DNA of 64,000 bases from assembly GCA_965644315.1 (NCBI GenBank), contig CBFFRQ010000094.1:62001-126000 (forward strand), written 5' to 3'. How positions within the stretch are numbered: the stretch's first letter is position 1; each line of letters starts with the position of its first letter. Of the stretch, positions 15,001 to 27,400 are shown piece after piece. The notes beneath the pieces were generated by a model, which did no database searches, was not told where the DNA came from, and worked only from the letters and a program-made list of their open reading frames with translations. The stretch is from Caecitellus pseudoparvulus. Lineage: Eukaryota; Protista; Bigyra: Bicosoecida. Position numbers and translations under genes: made by a program.

Positions 15001-17774
15001 CAGCAGTCGTCAACTGCAGGGTTGTCAGGGCACCCTCAACTGGGGAAAAAGTCATGGAGTCGCCCTCGGCATCTGTGCAGACACTGGACAGGTCGGCCAG
15101 GAACACGCTCTCGGTCGTGCCCTCCTCCACAGACAGGTCCGTTGGCACGCGAGCCGGGTCGCAGACAGGGGGTGTGTTGGTTGCTGCAGTGACGGTGGCC
15201 GACACCGTCGCCGTCGAGGCCAAGCTGGGCACCCCAGAATCCTTAACTTGCACCCGCATGGTCATGGTCTCCGATGTAGCGCCTTCTGGTACCACCCCCG
15301 CCAGGTCTGCCCGCACGCGGATGGCACCGGTGAGGGCATCGATGGACAGGAACGCCGTCGCAGGGCCGCTCTCGGGTACGATAGACCACATGAATCGCTG
15401 GGAATCCGACTCGGGGTCAGCAGGGGCTGCAGCCTCCCCGATAACAGAGCCCACCGGAATGGTGGCTGGCGTGGTGACAGCGAAGTCTGCCGCGAGGGGG
15501 GGCTCGTTCACATTCACGACTGACACTCGCACTGCACCGTACCCCACAAGACCGCCCGAATCCTTCGCTGAAATGGCGAGTACATGCTCAGGCTGTGTTT
15601 CAAAGTCAATGCTGGCGCCCTCGGCGACGACCAACGTGCCGTCCGCAGACAGTGCGAAAGTGGCTTCCCCAGCAATGAGGCTCAGCAGCAGCTCACCAGA
15701 GTCATCTTCATCCACCGCATGCACGGTGCCCAGGACTGTGCCTGGAGCGGCATTCTCTGGGATGCGGAACACGGCGTCAGCCACCACCGGCACGTCGTTC
15801 GTGTCGATGACCTTGATGGCCACCTCCCCAGCGACGGAGGCGCCGGCGGCGTCAGTCACAATGACGGGCAGCTCATAGCGCTGGCGCCTTTCAAAGTTCA
15901 GGCCTGCAGACTTCAGAGTCACAGCGCCTGAAGTGCGGTCCACTGCAAAGAGCTTCGTGGCGTCGTTGGTGATGGCTGGGTCAACAGTGTACGCAAGAGC
16001 GTCGCCCTCGTCCCCGTCCAGAGCCGAGACCTTTCCGAGCACAGTTCCCGCAAGAGCGCTTTCCCTGACCTCCAGCGTGGTGGGGAGCAAAGTGGGCGCC
16101 TCATTGACGTTGACCACTGATAGCTCTACAGAGCATGTGGCAGAGAGGCCCCCTTGGTCGGTGGCGGTGACGGTGACGGACTGCCGCCCGGTGGGCAGGC
16201 TGCCACGCACAGAAACGTCCCCAGAGCGCACGCCAACGGAGAGGAAAGAGCCGGCCTCAGCATTCAGGGAGTACGTGACAAAGTCCCTGAAGTCGACATC
16301 ACTAGCCTCCACGGAGAACAGTCTCAGGCCCACTTCTGCACGCTCAGACACTTCCACAGAAGAGCTGGGGCAAGTTGTGAAAGTTGGCGCCTGGTTCCTG
16401 TCGACGATAGTCAGCGTCACGACGAGCTCTGCCACAGACGTGGGTGTTCCGTCCTTGTCCATGGTTGCTGAGATCACCATTTTCATAGCCGGGCATTCGA
16501 TGAAGTTGATCTCGGCGGAGGAGATGACAAGCTCGGCAGTGTGCGGGTCCAGGTCGAAGGTTGCTGGCGTCTCCGTGACATTGCACTGCTGAATGAAGGA
16601 CAGGGAGTACTCGACAGTGCTGCCTGCCAGGACGGTGACGTCGGGTGTGATGAGGGAGACTCGAGAATGGACACCCTCCTCCAGGGACACGCGGGCCTCC
16701 AGGCCATCAGCGAAGGTCACAATGGGTCGTCGCACTCCGCCCGAGCAGGTGCTCCCGAATGCGCACTCGGCAACGTCGGTGCGCGTGGAGGCAGGCCCTG
16801 CGACGGGGACGGAGTAGAATCCCTCTGGAACAGTCTCAGGTTCGCCGGCCCCCGAACGGCAGAAGACGCTTTCACCCCCGCACTCGCGCCCTCGAGCGGT
16901 CGTGGAGCCTTCCGGGCAGTAGTACCCCGCCTCGCAAGGGCCGGAGCAGGAAGCATCAGGAAGGCCAGTGGTGCTGCCAAATCGACCAGCAGGGCATGGA
17001 GCACTCGCACCTCGAACGCAGAAAGTGCCGACAGGGCACGGCTCCTGGCTGTGCTTGGTTTCCTCTTCTCCGAGAGTTCGGTAGCCTGGGGAGGCTTGGA
17101 TCGGCCGTGCAGAGCCAGGGGGGCAGAAGCGCGAAGCGCCACCACCGCAGCGAGTCTCTCGGGAGGAGGTGCTGCCTGCGGCACCGTAGAACCCTGCTTC
17201 AATGGCCCCTGAGCACTCCGCAGTGGTGCTGCCACCTTCGCCCCAGCGCCCGGCAGGGCACTTGGTGCAAGACACGGCGCCTGACGTCGCGCTGTACGTG
17301 CCGGCAGGGCACACAACCTCCGCATCCATGCCTTCGCTGGCGCAGAAACTGAAAGAAGAAGGGGGCGTCGTAGAAGGGTGCGGGGCGGCGCACACTCGTG
17401 GGGCGGTGCGCGGGAACGCACTGGCCAGGGCGCGCAGGTTGGCACTTCAATGCCCCGGCGTCGGACGTCAGGGCTTCTCCGGTGGCGAAGAATCCCGCCT
17501 TGCACATGCACGATGTCTTGCCAACGACCTTCCCGTCCTTGAGCTCCACCCCTGCGTGGGTGACAGCAGAGGGAGGATTGCGGAAGTGCACCAGGTGGCA
17601 CAGAGTCAAGGCTGCTGCTCCAGGCCTTCACTGCGCGCAAGGCAGCGGCGGCGACAGTGTACACTCACCTCCAGGGCACATCGCTCCAACTGGGAGTGAC
17701 GGGAGCTCGTCAGCTGCGTTGGCTGCCGCGAGGAGGGCCACGGCAAGTACCGTGCTCCAAGCACGACCTGCCAT
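1..17774 (-). CDS. Giant cadherin-repeat cell-surface protein (signal peptide + GCC2/GCC3-like Cys-rich repeats + ~50 cadherin repeats); 3' end lies outside the window
   Basis: ATG at 17774 (MAGRAWSTVLAVALLAAANA, signal-peptide-like). Predicted exons are 17774-17669, 17551-17422 and 17348-<1, with GT-AG introns that keep frame. The frame at 17347 equals the frame at position 4, and the ORF track shows no stop-terminated long minus ORF here. CPAGTYS/CPAGRWG-type repeats lie at about 17550-16740. DxNExP/DxNDxP linkers recur every ~300-350 nt with LD(F/Y)E and A.D.D motifs. Confidence 0.93.
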
Positions 17775-18315
17775 GGCGTTGCAAGCGCGCTTTGCAGTGC
17801 CTTCCTGCGGGCGGTGGCAGGAAGAGGCGATGCAGGAGAGGGAGGGACGTGTACATGGCACATGAAAGGAGGTCTTTACCTTGTTGAAACGCCACAAGGA
17901 TGGCAGGGAAGCTGCGCTGTGAGCGGCGTGGCAGGCAGGAGTCACTCAGGTGTGCCCGCCCGATTTCTAGCGCAAGGAAGCGCAATTGATTCGAAACACG
18001 AGCACGCATGCTAGCATGCAATGGTTGTGCATGAGGTTTCGTTTGAGGTGGGGGGCGGAGTGATGCGTGGGCTCGTGCCCTTCTTGCGAGCTTGTGGAGG
18101 GGTGGAAGGGGGGGGGAGCGGTGTCTCGGGGGGTTCACGAAACTGGCGGGCGCACCGCCCCCCCCGAGCGCACGCCAAGGCCCCCCCGCCCAGATTCACC
18201 GCCTGCCGCCACACTGCAACGTCCCGCTCATGCACTGGAGCGCAGCTAATCTTGTCTGATCCTCTGCCCCTGACGCACCAGGCACTTCCCACTTCCGTCA
18301 GCGCCCACACGCAAG

Positions 18316-20537
18316 ATGTTGGCACGGCACGCAGTAGCGTTGACAGCTGCCACTGCACGGCGCGGGTGTGCAGCCCACTTGGCTGCCTGGACACCCGGGT
18401 GCCATGTGAGCACAAGCGCTGCGAGTTTCGCCGGCGGCGCTGCCAGGTGCGTGAAGCAGGTGGCGCAGCGCGGAAATTGGCGGGCGCAACACTCGACGAC
18501 GGACTGCCGGGCCACTGCGAGCACCAAGTGGCGCCAGCGTCCGCGGGAAATTTCCGGTGTACTTGCCTGCGCCAGGTCCGCCGCAAGGGACATGCTCCGC
18601 CCCTCGCACCCTTCGCAGTAGCGACCTGAGCAAGGAGGAGCTGGCTGCCAAGTACCCTTCCCTGGCGCGTGGGCTGTTCGCGGGGCGCATCGAGTCAGGG
18701 GGGGTGCACCCCTTCCCCGAAGTGCTGACTGCTGAGCAGGTTAGGCAGGCAGCAGTGCGAGACGGGTTGGGCGTGCCGTGCACAGCGCTGCGCTCGCGCG
18801 TTTGCAGACCGAGACGCTGGGCATGCTGGTGGACCCCGTGGAGAAGTTCATGTCCACGGACAATGATGCCGCGCAGAACGACCGGGATGCGGCAGTGCCT
18901 GCCGAGGTGCGTGGGGCGCCTGTGCGCTGCGTGGCGATTTCCGCACGGCTGCGACACCCAGCGCGGCGCAGATCACGGAGGGGCTGAAGTCCATGGGCGC
19001 CTTTGGCATGCAGGTGCCAGAGGAGTTTTCCGGCATCGGCCTGAACAACTCCGCCTACGCGCGCATGGTGGAGATCGTCGGCAAGCACGACCTGGGTGTG
19101 GGCATTTACCTGGGCGCACACCAGAGCATCGGCTTCAAGGGCATTCTGCTGGACGGCAACGACGCGCAGAAGGAGAAGTACCTGCCCCGCCTGGCCACGG
19201 GGGAGTGGCTGGCCGCCTTTGCGCTGACGGAGCCGGGCTCTGGCTCCGACGCTGCCTCCATCAAGACCCGCGCCACGCTGAGTGAGGACGGCAGCCACTA
19301 CGTCCTGAACGGCTCCAAGATCTGGATCTCCAACGGCGGGATGTGCCAGCTGTACACGGTGTTCGCGCAGACGGAGGTGACGGACCCCGTGACGGGCGCC
19401 AAGAAGGACAAGATCACCGCCTTCATCGTGGAGCGTGACTTCGGCGGCATCACATCGGGGCCCCCCGAGAAGAAGCTCGGCATCAAGTGCTCCAACACCG
19501 CCGAGGTGTCCTTTGACGGCACCAAGGTGCCGGTGGAGAACGTGCTGGGCGAGGTGGGCGGCGGCTTCAAGGTGGCCATGAGTATCCTGAACTCGGGGCG
19601 CTTCGGCATGGGTGCGGCGCTGTCTGGGACGATGAAGTTCCTGGTGGCGGGGGCGGCTGAGCACGCGACGCAGCGTGTGCAGTTCGGGCGCACGCTGAAG
19701 GAGTTCGAGGCGGTGAAGGGCAAGGTGGCCGACATGGCCCTGCGCCTGTACGCGACAGAGGCCATGGCTTACCTGGTGGCGGGGCAGATGGACCTGGACT
19801 CCCAGGACTACCTGCTGGAGGCAGCGGTGGGCAAGATCTTCGCATCGGAGAACGCGTGGCATGTGGCCGATGAGACCATCCAGCTGCTGGGCGGGCTGGG
19901 GTACATGGAGGAGTACCCGTACGCGCGCATCCTGCGGGATTTGCGCATTTTCCGCATCTTCGAGGGCTCCAACGACATCCTGCGCCTGTTCATCGCCCTG
20001 ACGGGCCTGCAGAGCCTGGGCGCGGAGCTGAAGCCCCTGCAAACCGCGATGAAGAACCCCCTGGGCAACCTGGGCACACTGCTGCCGGCAGTGGTGGAGA
20101 TGGGCAAGGCCCGTGCAGGCATGCCCAGCAAGCCTGAGCTGGCGTGGGCGGCGCCTGCCCTGCGCCCTGGCGCGCAGGCAGTGGAGGGCGCCACGGCCGC
20201 CTTTGGCGCCGCCTGCAAGGAGCTGCTCATGAAGCACGGCAAGGGCATCATCGAGCAGCAGCTGCACCTGGGCCGCGTCGCAGACTGCATCATCGACCTG
20301 TCCACCGCCACCGCCGCACTCTCCCGCGCCACCAAGGCCGTGAACGAGGGCTCTGCCACTGCCGAGCACGAGGTGGCCCTGGCCAACGCCTGGGCCGCCC
20401 AGGCCACTCGGCGTGTGCACGAGAACGTGGGTGCCTTCTCCGGCGCACGGGCGGTGGAGGACAAGGCCGTGCACGCCATCGCGGAGGCGGTGTTCGCAGC
20501 CGGCGGCCCCGCCACGACACACCCCCTGGGCATTTGA
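18316..20537 (+). CDS. ACADVL: Very-long-chain acyl-CoA dehydrogenase, mitochondrial
   Basis: Motifs YARMVEIVGKHDLGVGIYLGAHQSIGFKGILL, AFALTEPGSGSDA and RDLRIFRIFEGSNDILRLF, plus the VLCAD C-terminal extension. Exon 1 (18316-18446) is transit-peptide-like, followed by three short introns. Confidence 0.92.
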
Positions 20538-20589
20538 GCGCACGCCGTGTGCTGGCCCGTCACCAATGCACCCTGTGCATGCATTGCCT

Positions 20590-22296
20590 TCACAGCGCCC
20601 TGCTCTTGCCGCGGCGTGAGAAGATGTCCGACGCGAACGCCGCGAACTCCTCTTGGCTGCACGCCTTGGCGATGAAGGGGTGCAGCAGCAGCTTCTCCGC
20701 CGTCGCGCGCTTGGGGCCGTCCTTGGCCAGGGCGCACTTGAGGAAGTGCACGAACTCCTTGCTCCACCGCGAGGGGTCGGCCACGCTTGGCGCGCCAGTG
20801 GTGGTGATGAGGAGCAGTGCGCGCAGGGGCGGCTCGTGCAGGTACGGCGGCTCGCCGTCGGCCATCTCCAGCGCCGTGATGCCGACGCTCCACACGTCCA
20901 CCTTGTCGTCGTAGTCCAGGCCCTTGATGAGCTCCGGCGCCATCCAGTATGGCGTGCCCACCACGGAGCTGCGCTTCTGGCGCTCCTCCGTCAGCGCCGA
21001 CGCGAAGCCGAAGTCCGCGATCTTCACGGCGCCGTCCCACCCCACCAGGATGTTGTCACTCTTGATGTCTCGGTGCAGGTGGTGCGCCCTGTGCATGTAG
21101 GCGAGGGCCGCCAGGATCTGCCGGCAGGCGAACGCGATGCAGGGCTCGGGGAAGGGGATGGTGGGCCCCAGCACCTCTGTCAGCGTGCCGCCGTGCACCA
21201 GCTCCAGGATCATCCACAGGTTGCCCTCGTGCGAGTACGTCTCCTTGTACCCGACGATGGCTGGGTGCTGCGACATGCTCTGCAGGGCGATCTCGTTCTG
21301 CAGCGCTTCCAGCTCCGTCAGCGGCGCGACCTTGATGGCCACCCACTCCTTGGACGTGCGCTCCTGCGCGATGTACACCGCCCCCGACGCGCCCTCTCCC
21401 AACTTCTTGCGCACGCTGTACTTCACCGTCGGGTCCCCCGGCGTGATGCACGCGGCGGAGGCGGCGGCGGCCGAGAAGTCCTCCTTTCGTGGCAGCTTGG
21501 GCGGTGGCCCCTGCATGTGGAACTGCAGCGCATCCAGCACGGCGTCGGGGTTGTCGTCCACCTCCGACTTGGAGATGCCAGAGGCCCCCAGCATAGCTTC
21601 CCACTGCGGCGGCAGGCCCACGAAGCCATTGGGCGCCGACGCGTCCACCTGCACGTGGTATTCGTGCTTCACGTTGAAGGGCTCCCCGATGAGCCAGCCG
21701 GCAGACTTGTCCCCTGTCTTCTTCCACCGGTCCTCTGCCTTGCGTGGCGCGACGTGCTCTGGCAGCGCCGTCGTGCTGATGGTCTCCTTCGCCACGCCTG
21801 CACAAGCCAGGCCCAGCAATGCAGCGCCGACGCGTGAAGCGCCTCCAGTGCGACAGCACCCAGCTCCGCGCACGCACCTTGCGGTAAGTCTGCTGCCCAC
21901 ACGTCGGGCAAGCCCTTCAACGTGCCGCTCTGCGCACGGTGCAGAGCGGGGGGGGGCTGCACCCTCTGCTGCAGTGCACCTGCAACGCCTGCGGCGACGC
22001 ACCTGTGTGTCAAACTCCACGTGCACCATGCGCTGGACGTTGGACGGCAGGGAAATGCCGCCACTCGCCGCTGGCATGGTGGAGGAGGGCCGGGCAGGCG
22101 CAGTCAAGCTCGCTGCCTGCGTGGCTGCCTCCACAGCCGTCGGCGTGCCTGGCGAAGGGGGAGCGTGGGCACACCTCATGCGGCGAGGTGGGGTGGCGCA
22201 CAGCGGCAGCGCCCAGCACGCACCTGCAGGCACCAGGCGTGCTTGGCGCTTGCTTGAGAAGATGCTCCACCCTCCGCCGCCCTTGTCTGCTGCCAT
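20590..22296 (-). CDS. p21-activated (PAK/STE20) Ser/Thr kinase with two CRIB/PBD motifs
   Basis: Kinase motifs LGEGASG, HRDIKSDNIL, DFG and SVVGTPYWMAPE. CRIB motifs ISLPSNVQRMVHV..LKGLP..W and IGEPFNVKHEYHV..FVGLP..W. ATG at 22296; short introns in the 5' part. Confidence 0.9.
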   Translation of the reverse strand: MAADKGGGGWSIFSSKRQARLVPAGACWALPLCATPPRRMRCAHAPPSPGTPTAVEAATQAASLTAPARPSSTMPAASGGISLPSNVQRMVHVEFDTQVRRRRRCRCTAAEGAAPPRSAPCAERHVEGLARRVGSRLTARCVRGAGCCRTGGASRVGAALLGLACAGVAKETISTTALPEHVAPRKAEDRWKKTGDKSAGWLIGEPFNVKHEYHVQVDASAPNGFVGLPPQWEAMLGASGISKSEVDDNPDAVLDALQFHMQGPPPKLPRKEDFSAAAASAACITPGDPTVKYSVRKKLGEGASGAVYIAQERTSKEWVAIKVAPLTELEALQNEIALQSMSQHPAIVGYKETYSHEGNLWMILELVHGGTLTEVLGPTIPFPEPCIAFACRQILAALAYMHRAHHLHRDIKSDNILVGWDGAVKIADFGFASALTEERQKRSSVVGTPYWMAPELIKGLDYDDKVDVWSVGITALEMADGEPPYLHEPPLRALLLITTTGAPSVADPSRWSKEFVHFLKCALAKDGPKRATAEKLLLHPFIAKACSQEEFAAFASDIFSRRGKSRAL

Positions 22297-22772
22297 GGTG
22301 ACGGCAGGGCCGGGTGCTGGATCGACCTGCCGCTGCCTCAGCCGAGGAGAGCGCCGGCACAGCAAGTCCTGTGCACGGGCCAGGCGAAGAGGCAGTGGTG
22401 TGTGTAATGAATCAAGGGCTAGGGTGGGTCGCTGGGAGGTGCGACGAGCAATGGATTGTACAATGCCTGCGTCTCTTGTCGCTGCGGTTGGAGATCAGGT
22501 GTCACAGTTTCTAGGAGGGCATGAGCAGGAAGCGCTGTGCGGGCTTTGCACCTCTGCACCGTCCGCTGCACAACGCACGGCGAGAATCACAATTCTTCCA
22601 CCCACGATACACATCCCTGCCCACTCCTCGCGCGTTTCCGACGCTGCACCGCCCGCTCTCGTCGGCTCCCCGAGCTTCCGTACCTGGCTGCAGTGCACCA
22701 GACGCCTGGCGCCTTTGCTGCCCTCCCAGGACAGCTGCGCAACACCGCCCGCCCGCCCCTGAACCAGCCAAG

Positions 22773-24024
22773 ATGTTCGCAAATGCGTACCAGGTGCGTG
22801 TCCAGTGCCACTGGCGTGGCCAGCGTGTGTGTGTGCCTGGCGTGCGGACTGCAGGCAGAGAGTGCGAGCTTGGGCAACTTCCGCACGTGACCGTGGCGTC
22901 GGTGCCCTGCCGCGGCCCGGCCACCACCATGAAGGCCAGGAGTATGCTGTGTTCATTTGCCGGCATTTGCGCGGTGGCATGTGTGGTGGCTGCGTCGTGG
23001 GGCACCGGGCCAGTGCATGCACCTGGGCTGTGGTCGTGCCTGATGAGAGGTCGCGCGCCGTGGGAAGTTGCCCCTGCGTCTGCACCTCCCCCTGCCGCGC
23101 GCAGCGTCCGCGCCTGCGTTTACCACACGATACAACCCACTTGTGAGCGCAAGGCACTCGTGTTCCCCCTCCCGCCCCGCTGCGCAGGCTGGTTTCCTGA
23201 GCGTGCTGTACAGCATCGGCTCCAAGCCCCTCGCCATCTGGGACAGCCAAGTGCGCAATGGGCACATCAAGCGCATCACGGACGGCGACATCCAGAGCAG
23301 CGTGCTGGAGATCTGCGGCACCAACGTCAGCACGACGTACATCACGTGCCCCGCCGACGCCAAGAAGACCCTGGGCATCAAGCTGCCCTTCCTGGTCATG
23401 ATCCTGAAGAACCTGAAGAAGTACTTCACCTTCGAAGTGACGGTGCTGGACGACAAGAACGTCCGCCGCCGCTTCCGCGCCTCCAACTACCAGAGCACCA
23501 CCCGCGTGAAGCCTTTCATCTGCTCCATGCCCATGCGCCTGGATGAGGGGTGGAACCAGATCCAGTTCAACCTGGCGGACTTCTGCCGCCGCGCCTACGG
23601 CACCAACTACATCGAGACGCTGCGCATCCAGATCCACGCCAACTGCCGCGTCCGCCGCATTTACTTCTCCGACCGCCTGTATGCGGAGGAGGACTTGCCC
23701 GCCGAGTTCAAGTTGTACTTGCCCATCTCCAAGCAGGCCGCTCAAGCGCAGGCCCACGCTGCCGCTGCCGCCCAGGCACAGGCTGCCGCCGCCAAGCAGA
23801 GCCAGCACGCGGCTGCAGCAGCAGCTGCCGCGGCGGCTGCCCCAGGCGGCATGGCGGAGGGGGGGGGTGATCTGGGGGAGGAGGGGGATGTGCACTTGGG
23901 GCATGGCGAGGGGGGTGCCGGGGAAGGCGAGTACGCCCCCGCACCTGCTATGGCTGCCGAGGGGGGCGTGGAGGGGGGTGACGGCACCCCTGCCGCGGAT
24001 GGTGCCGGGCATGAGGACATGTGA
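22773..24024 (+). CDS. CFAP20: Cilia- and flagella-associated protein 20 (BUG22) with low-complexity C-terminal tail
   Basis: MFANAYQ | intron 22794-23187 | [15 protein letters not shown]...[22 protein letters not shown]...[10 protein letters not shown], closely matching the conserved CFAP20 sequence. Confidence 0.97.
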
Positions 24025-24454
24025 GAGGGCTCAACACCTGTGATGCAGGCCTCTCGTGGCGCGCCCAAGGGGGGGGGTCTCCGCCGGTGTGGCGGTGTGT
24101 GAGAGCACACGCCTTTCTACGCGGCGATGTGCATGCAGGCCGCCTGCCTGCGCAGTGCGCAGCTGCCGCACTGCCAGTGCGCCCGCCACAACAAGCGGCC
24201 TGCGCAGGGGTTGCCAGGCGCAGTGGCCAGCCTTCCCCCACAATACACCCTGACTCGCAACACGGAACGGCGTGCCCGCCACCCACTGAGCTTGCCTGGA
24301 GTGTACCTTTTGGGCTGTGCAGTGCTTGCACGCCAGAGTCTTGGGTGTCGCGGCTGGGAAGGGCGTGTAGGGGGGGCTCGGCGGACCAATTTCCGCACCG
24401 ACGCGCCGCAGGATTTGAGGCGCCCCCCACGCCACACGCCGCCCGACACACACC

Positions 24455-27400
24455 ATGGCGGAGGGGGGCGGCAAGGAGTACAACATGTGCGGCGTGCCAG
24501 TGCAGATGCCGGCGGGGCTGAAGCCGTTTCCGTCGCAGCTCGCCGTCATGTCCAAGTGCATCGCTGCGCTGCGCAATGGTCACAACGCGCTCCTGGAAAG
24601 CCGTGCGTGAGCGCCTGACGCGCCGCTGCAGCGTGCCAGGGTGCCAGACGTGGACAAGGCACTCCCACCTGCTCGCCCATGTGCCCTGACTGCGCCACCG
24701 TCTCGCGTCTGCGTCTGAGAGGGCCCGGCAGGCTGTGCATGCGCGCAGCAAGTGCTGGTGCGAGGGCGTTACGGCGGCCAACGGCACTGCCCCCTTCCTC
24801 CCCTCGCAGCCACTGGAACGGGCAAGACCCTCGCTTTACTGGCCAGTGCCTTGTCCTGGCAGCGCAAGGAGCGGCAGGAGCGCTGGCAAGCTGCCGTTGA
24901 CGCGGCAGTGGCGGAAGGTGCGTGGCTTGTGGAAGGCTGAAACGCGTGCGAAACGCGACCACACTTGCCCCTGTCTGTCTTTTCCACTGCGCGTGCAGCG
25001 ATACGAGAGGCGCCAGAGGACGCACCTGCTGCGTTTCGACGTCGTCGGCGCCGACTTCGGCTGCCGCCAGTGCCCAAAGTGTTCTTTGCGTCCCGCACGC
25101 ACTCACAGCTGGCGCAGAGCGTGAAGGAGCTCCGGCGCTGCTCGCACTACCACAGCGCCACCCTCACCGCGTCGGCAAGTGTGCCCGCCAGTGGCAGCGC
25201 CGCTCCCTCCCTGCCCTGCACCAGTGGCGCGCCTGCACCCCCCCTGCAAAGCTTCGCGTACAGCGGCGGAGAGGAGGCGACTTCACAGCCAGGCCCGTCA
25301 GGCGCACCCCCCCCTGCACCCCGCGAACCCGCGACTGTGCATGCCGATCGCACCGTCGCCCTGCGCATGACTGTGCTGGGTTCCCGGGAGCAGTACTGCG
25401 TGCACCGCACCGTGTCCAAGTCCAAGGCCAAGGAGGAAGACTGCCGCACGGCCGTGGCGGCGGGCAAGTGCGGACACTACCACGGCGCGCAGGCCCTGCG
25501 CAAGGGTCTGCCCCCCGTGTGGGACATTGAGGAAGCGGTGTCGCGCTCCCGGGCTGCGGGGCGCCACCGTGGCGGGTGTCCCTATTTCGCCTCCAAAGCC
25601 GCCCTGGACACCGCCGACATCGTGCTGTGTCCGTACACGTACTTGGTGGACCCTGCGGTGCGTGGCGCCATGGGCATCGACGTCGGCGGCGCCGTGGTGA
25701 TTTTAGACGAGGCACACAATATCGAGGGTGTCGCGCGCGAGGCGGCGTCGCTGCGCCTGTCCTTGCACAGTGTGGAGGGCGCCGTGAGTGCCCTGCGGCA
25801 TGCGGCGACTGCGGGATTTGCGTCGCAACTCGCCACGACCGTGGCGGCGCCCCTGGAGGCCATGGGGGAGTGGCTGCGGACCCAGAGCACTGCCATGGGT
25901 GTGGCGCCACCACCCCCCCTGACCGAGACAGAGGCGGGCACTGTGGCGGTGCACCGAGGGGGGCGACGGGGCGGGGGTCGACGGGGGGGGGCTCGCGGCG
26001 GCCGAGGCGGTGACACGCCTGCCATGGCAGCTGCACGTGACAAACACCGGGTGCTGACCATTCCCGAGTCACTACGGCAGCTGGAAGAGGGCTGGGGCCT
26101 GGCGGGTCCCGCCCTGGAGGGGTGGGTGGTCGCAGCTGACGAGCTCAGTCGCATCGTGCAGGAGGCGGTGAGCGAGCAGGCAGAGGAGGGGGGGGGCGGT
26201 GAGGGGTCGTACCTGCGCACTCTGGCCAAGTCCGTGCAGAGCGTAGTGGAGGCGGTGAACCGCACGCTGGTGTTCTGGCTGCGGGCGTCGGAAGGCGCGT
26301 TCCGCCGTGACTTCCGCCTCGCGATAACGTTTGACAGCGCCCTGGACGGCCACGGCAACGCCAGCCCGACGCCGTTCCTGGAAGTGTGGTGTCTCAGCGC
26401 CAAGGCGGCCATGGCTGACTTGGCGCGCAAAGCGCACAGCATCGTGCTGACCAGCGGCACCCTGGCGCCGCTGGACTCGTTCGCTGCGGAATTAGGCGTC
26501 CCCTTTCCCGTGCGACTGGAGGCGGCCCACGTCATCCAGCTGGGGCAGCAGCTGTTCGCAGCGGTGCTGCCACACGCCATTCGCAAGGCGCCAGGCGGCG
26601 GCACTGACATCGGCACGGGGCTGAAGGCCGTGTACAGCAGCACGCAAACCACGACGTACCGCGACGGGTTGGGCGTGAGTCTGCTGACCCTGGCACGCGC
26701 CATGCCAGGCGGCATGCTGGTGTTCCTGCCTTCCTATGCTCTGCTGCACCGCTGCCGCGAGCGGTGGCAGGAGACGGGGCTATGGGAGGAGCTGGACAGC
26801 GTGAAGCCCGTGTTCCACGAGCCGCGGGGGGGCGGCAAGTCAGGCGACGACTTTGACTCCGCTCTGGCGGGGTACCGTGCGGCAGTGGTGGCGCACACGC
26901 CCCTGCGCATGACGGCAGCCTATGGGGCGCAGAGTGGCACGCCGCCTGGCGCCCCTGACCAGCCGCTGCCCAGGGGGTGGGCCCACACTGACGGCCCATG
27001 CGCCGGTGCGGCCGGCCCGAATTCCAGGTGCCCGAACGGAGCACTGTTCCTGGCAGTGTGCCGGGGCAAGGTGTCGGAAGGCATTGACTTCGCAGACGAG
27101 TTTGCGCGGTGTGTGGTGTTGGTGGGCATCCCCTACCCCTCCTTCAAGGACCCGCAAGTCGTCGCCAAGCGGGCGTTTCAAGACACCGCCGCAGCCCGCG
27201 CAGTCGCCGCGCAACGCAGCACGCCGTCACCGAGCGAGGGCGTGCTGACGCCCCAGGACGGCAGTGCGTGGTATGCACAGCAGGCGTTTCGGGCGCTGAA
27301 CCAGGCGCTGGGACGGTGCATTCGCCACCGCAACGACTTCGGCGCAGTGGTTCTGGTGGACCCGCGTTTCAACGAGGAACGCACGCTGAGCAGCCTGTCG

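Noticed and set aside
109-17212. Dozens of plus-strand Ser/Thr-rich ORFs
   Set aside because: Antisense shadows of the cadherin reading frame; no independent motifs.
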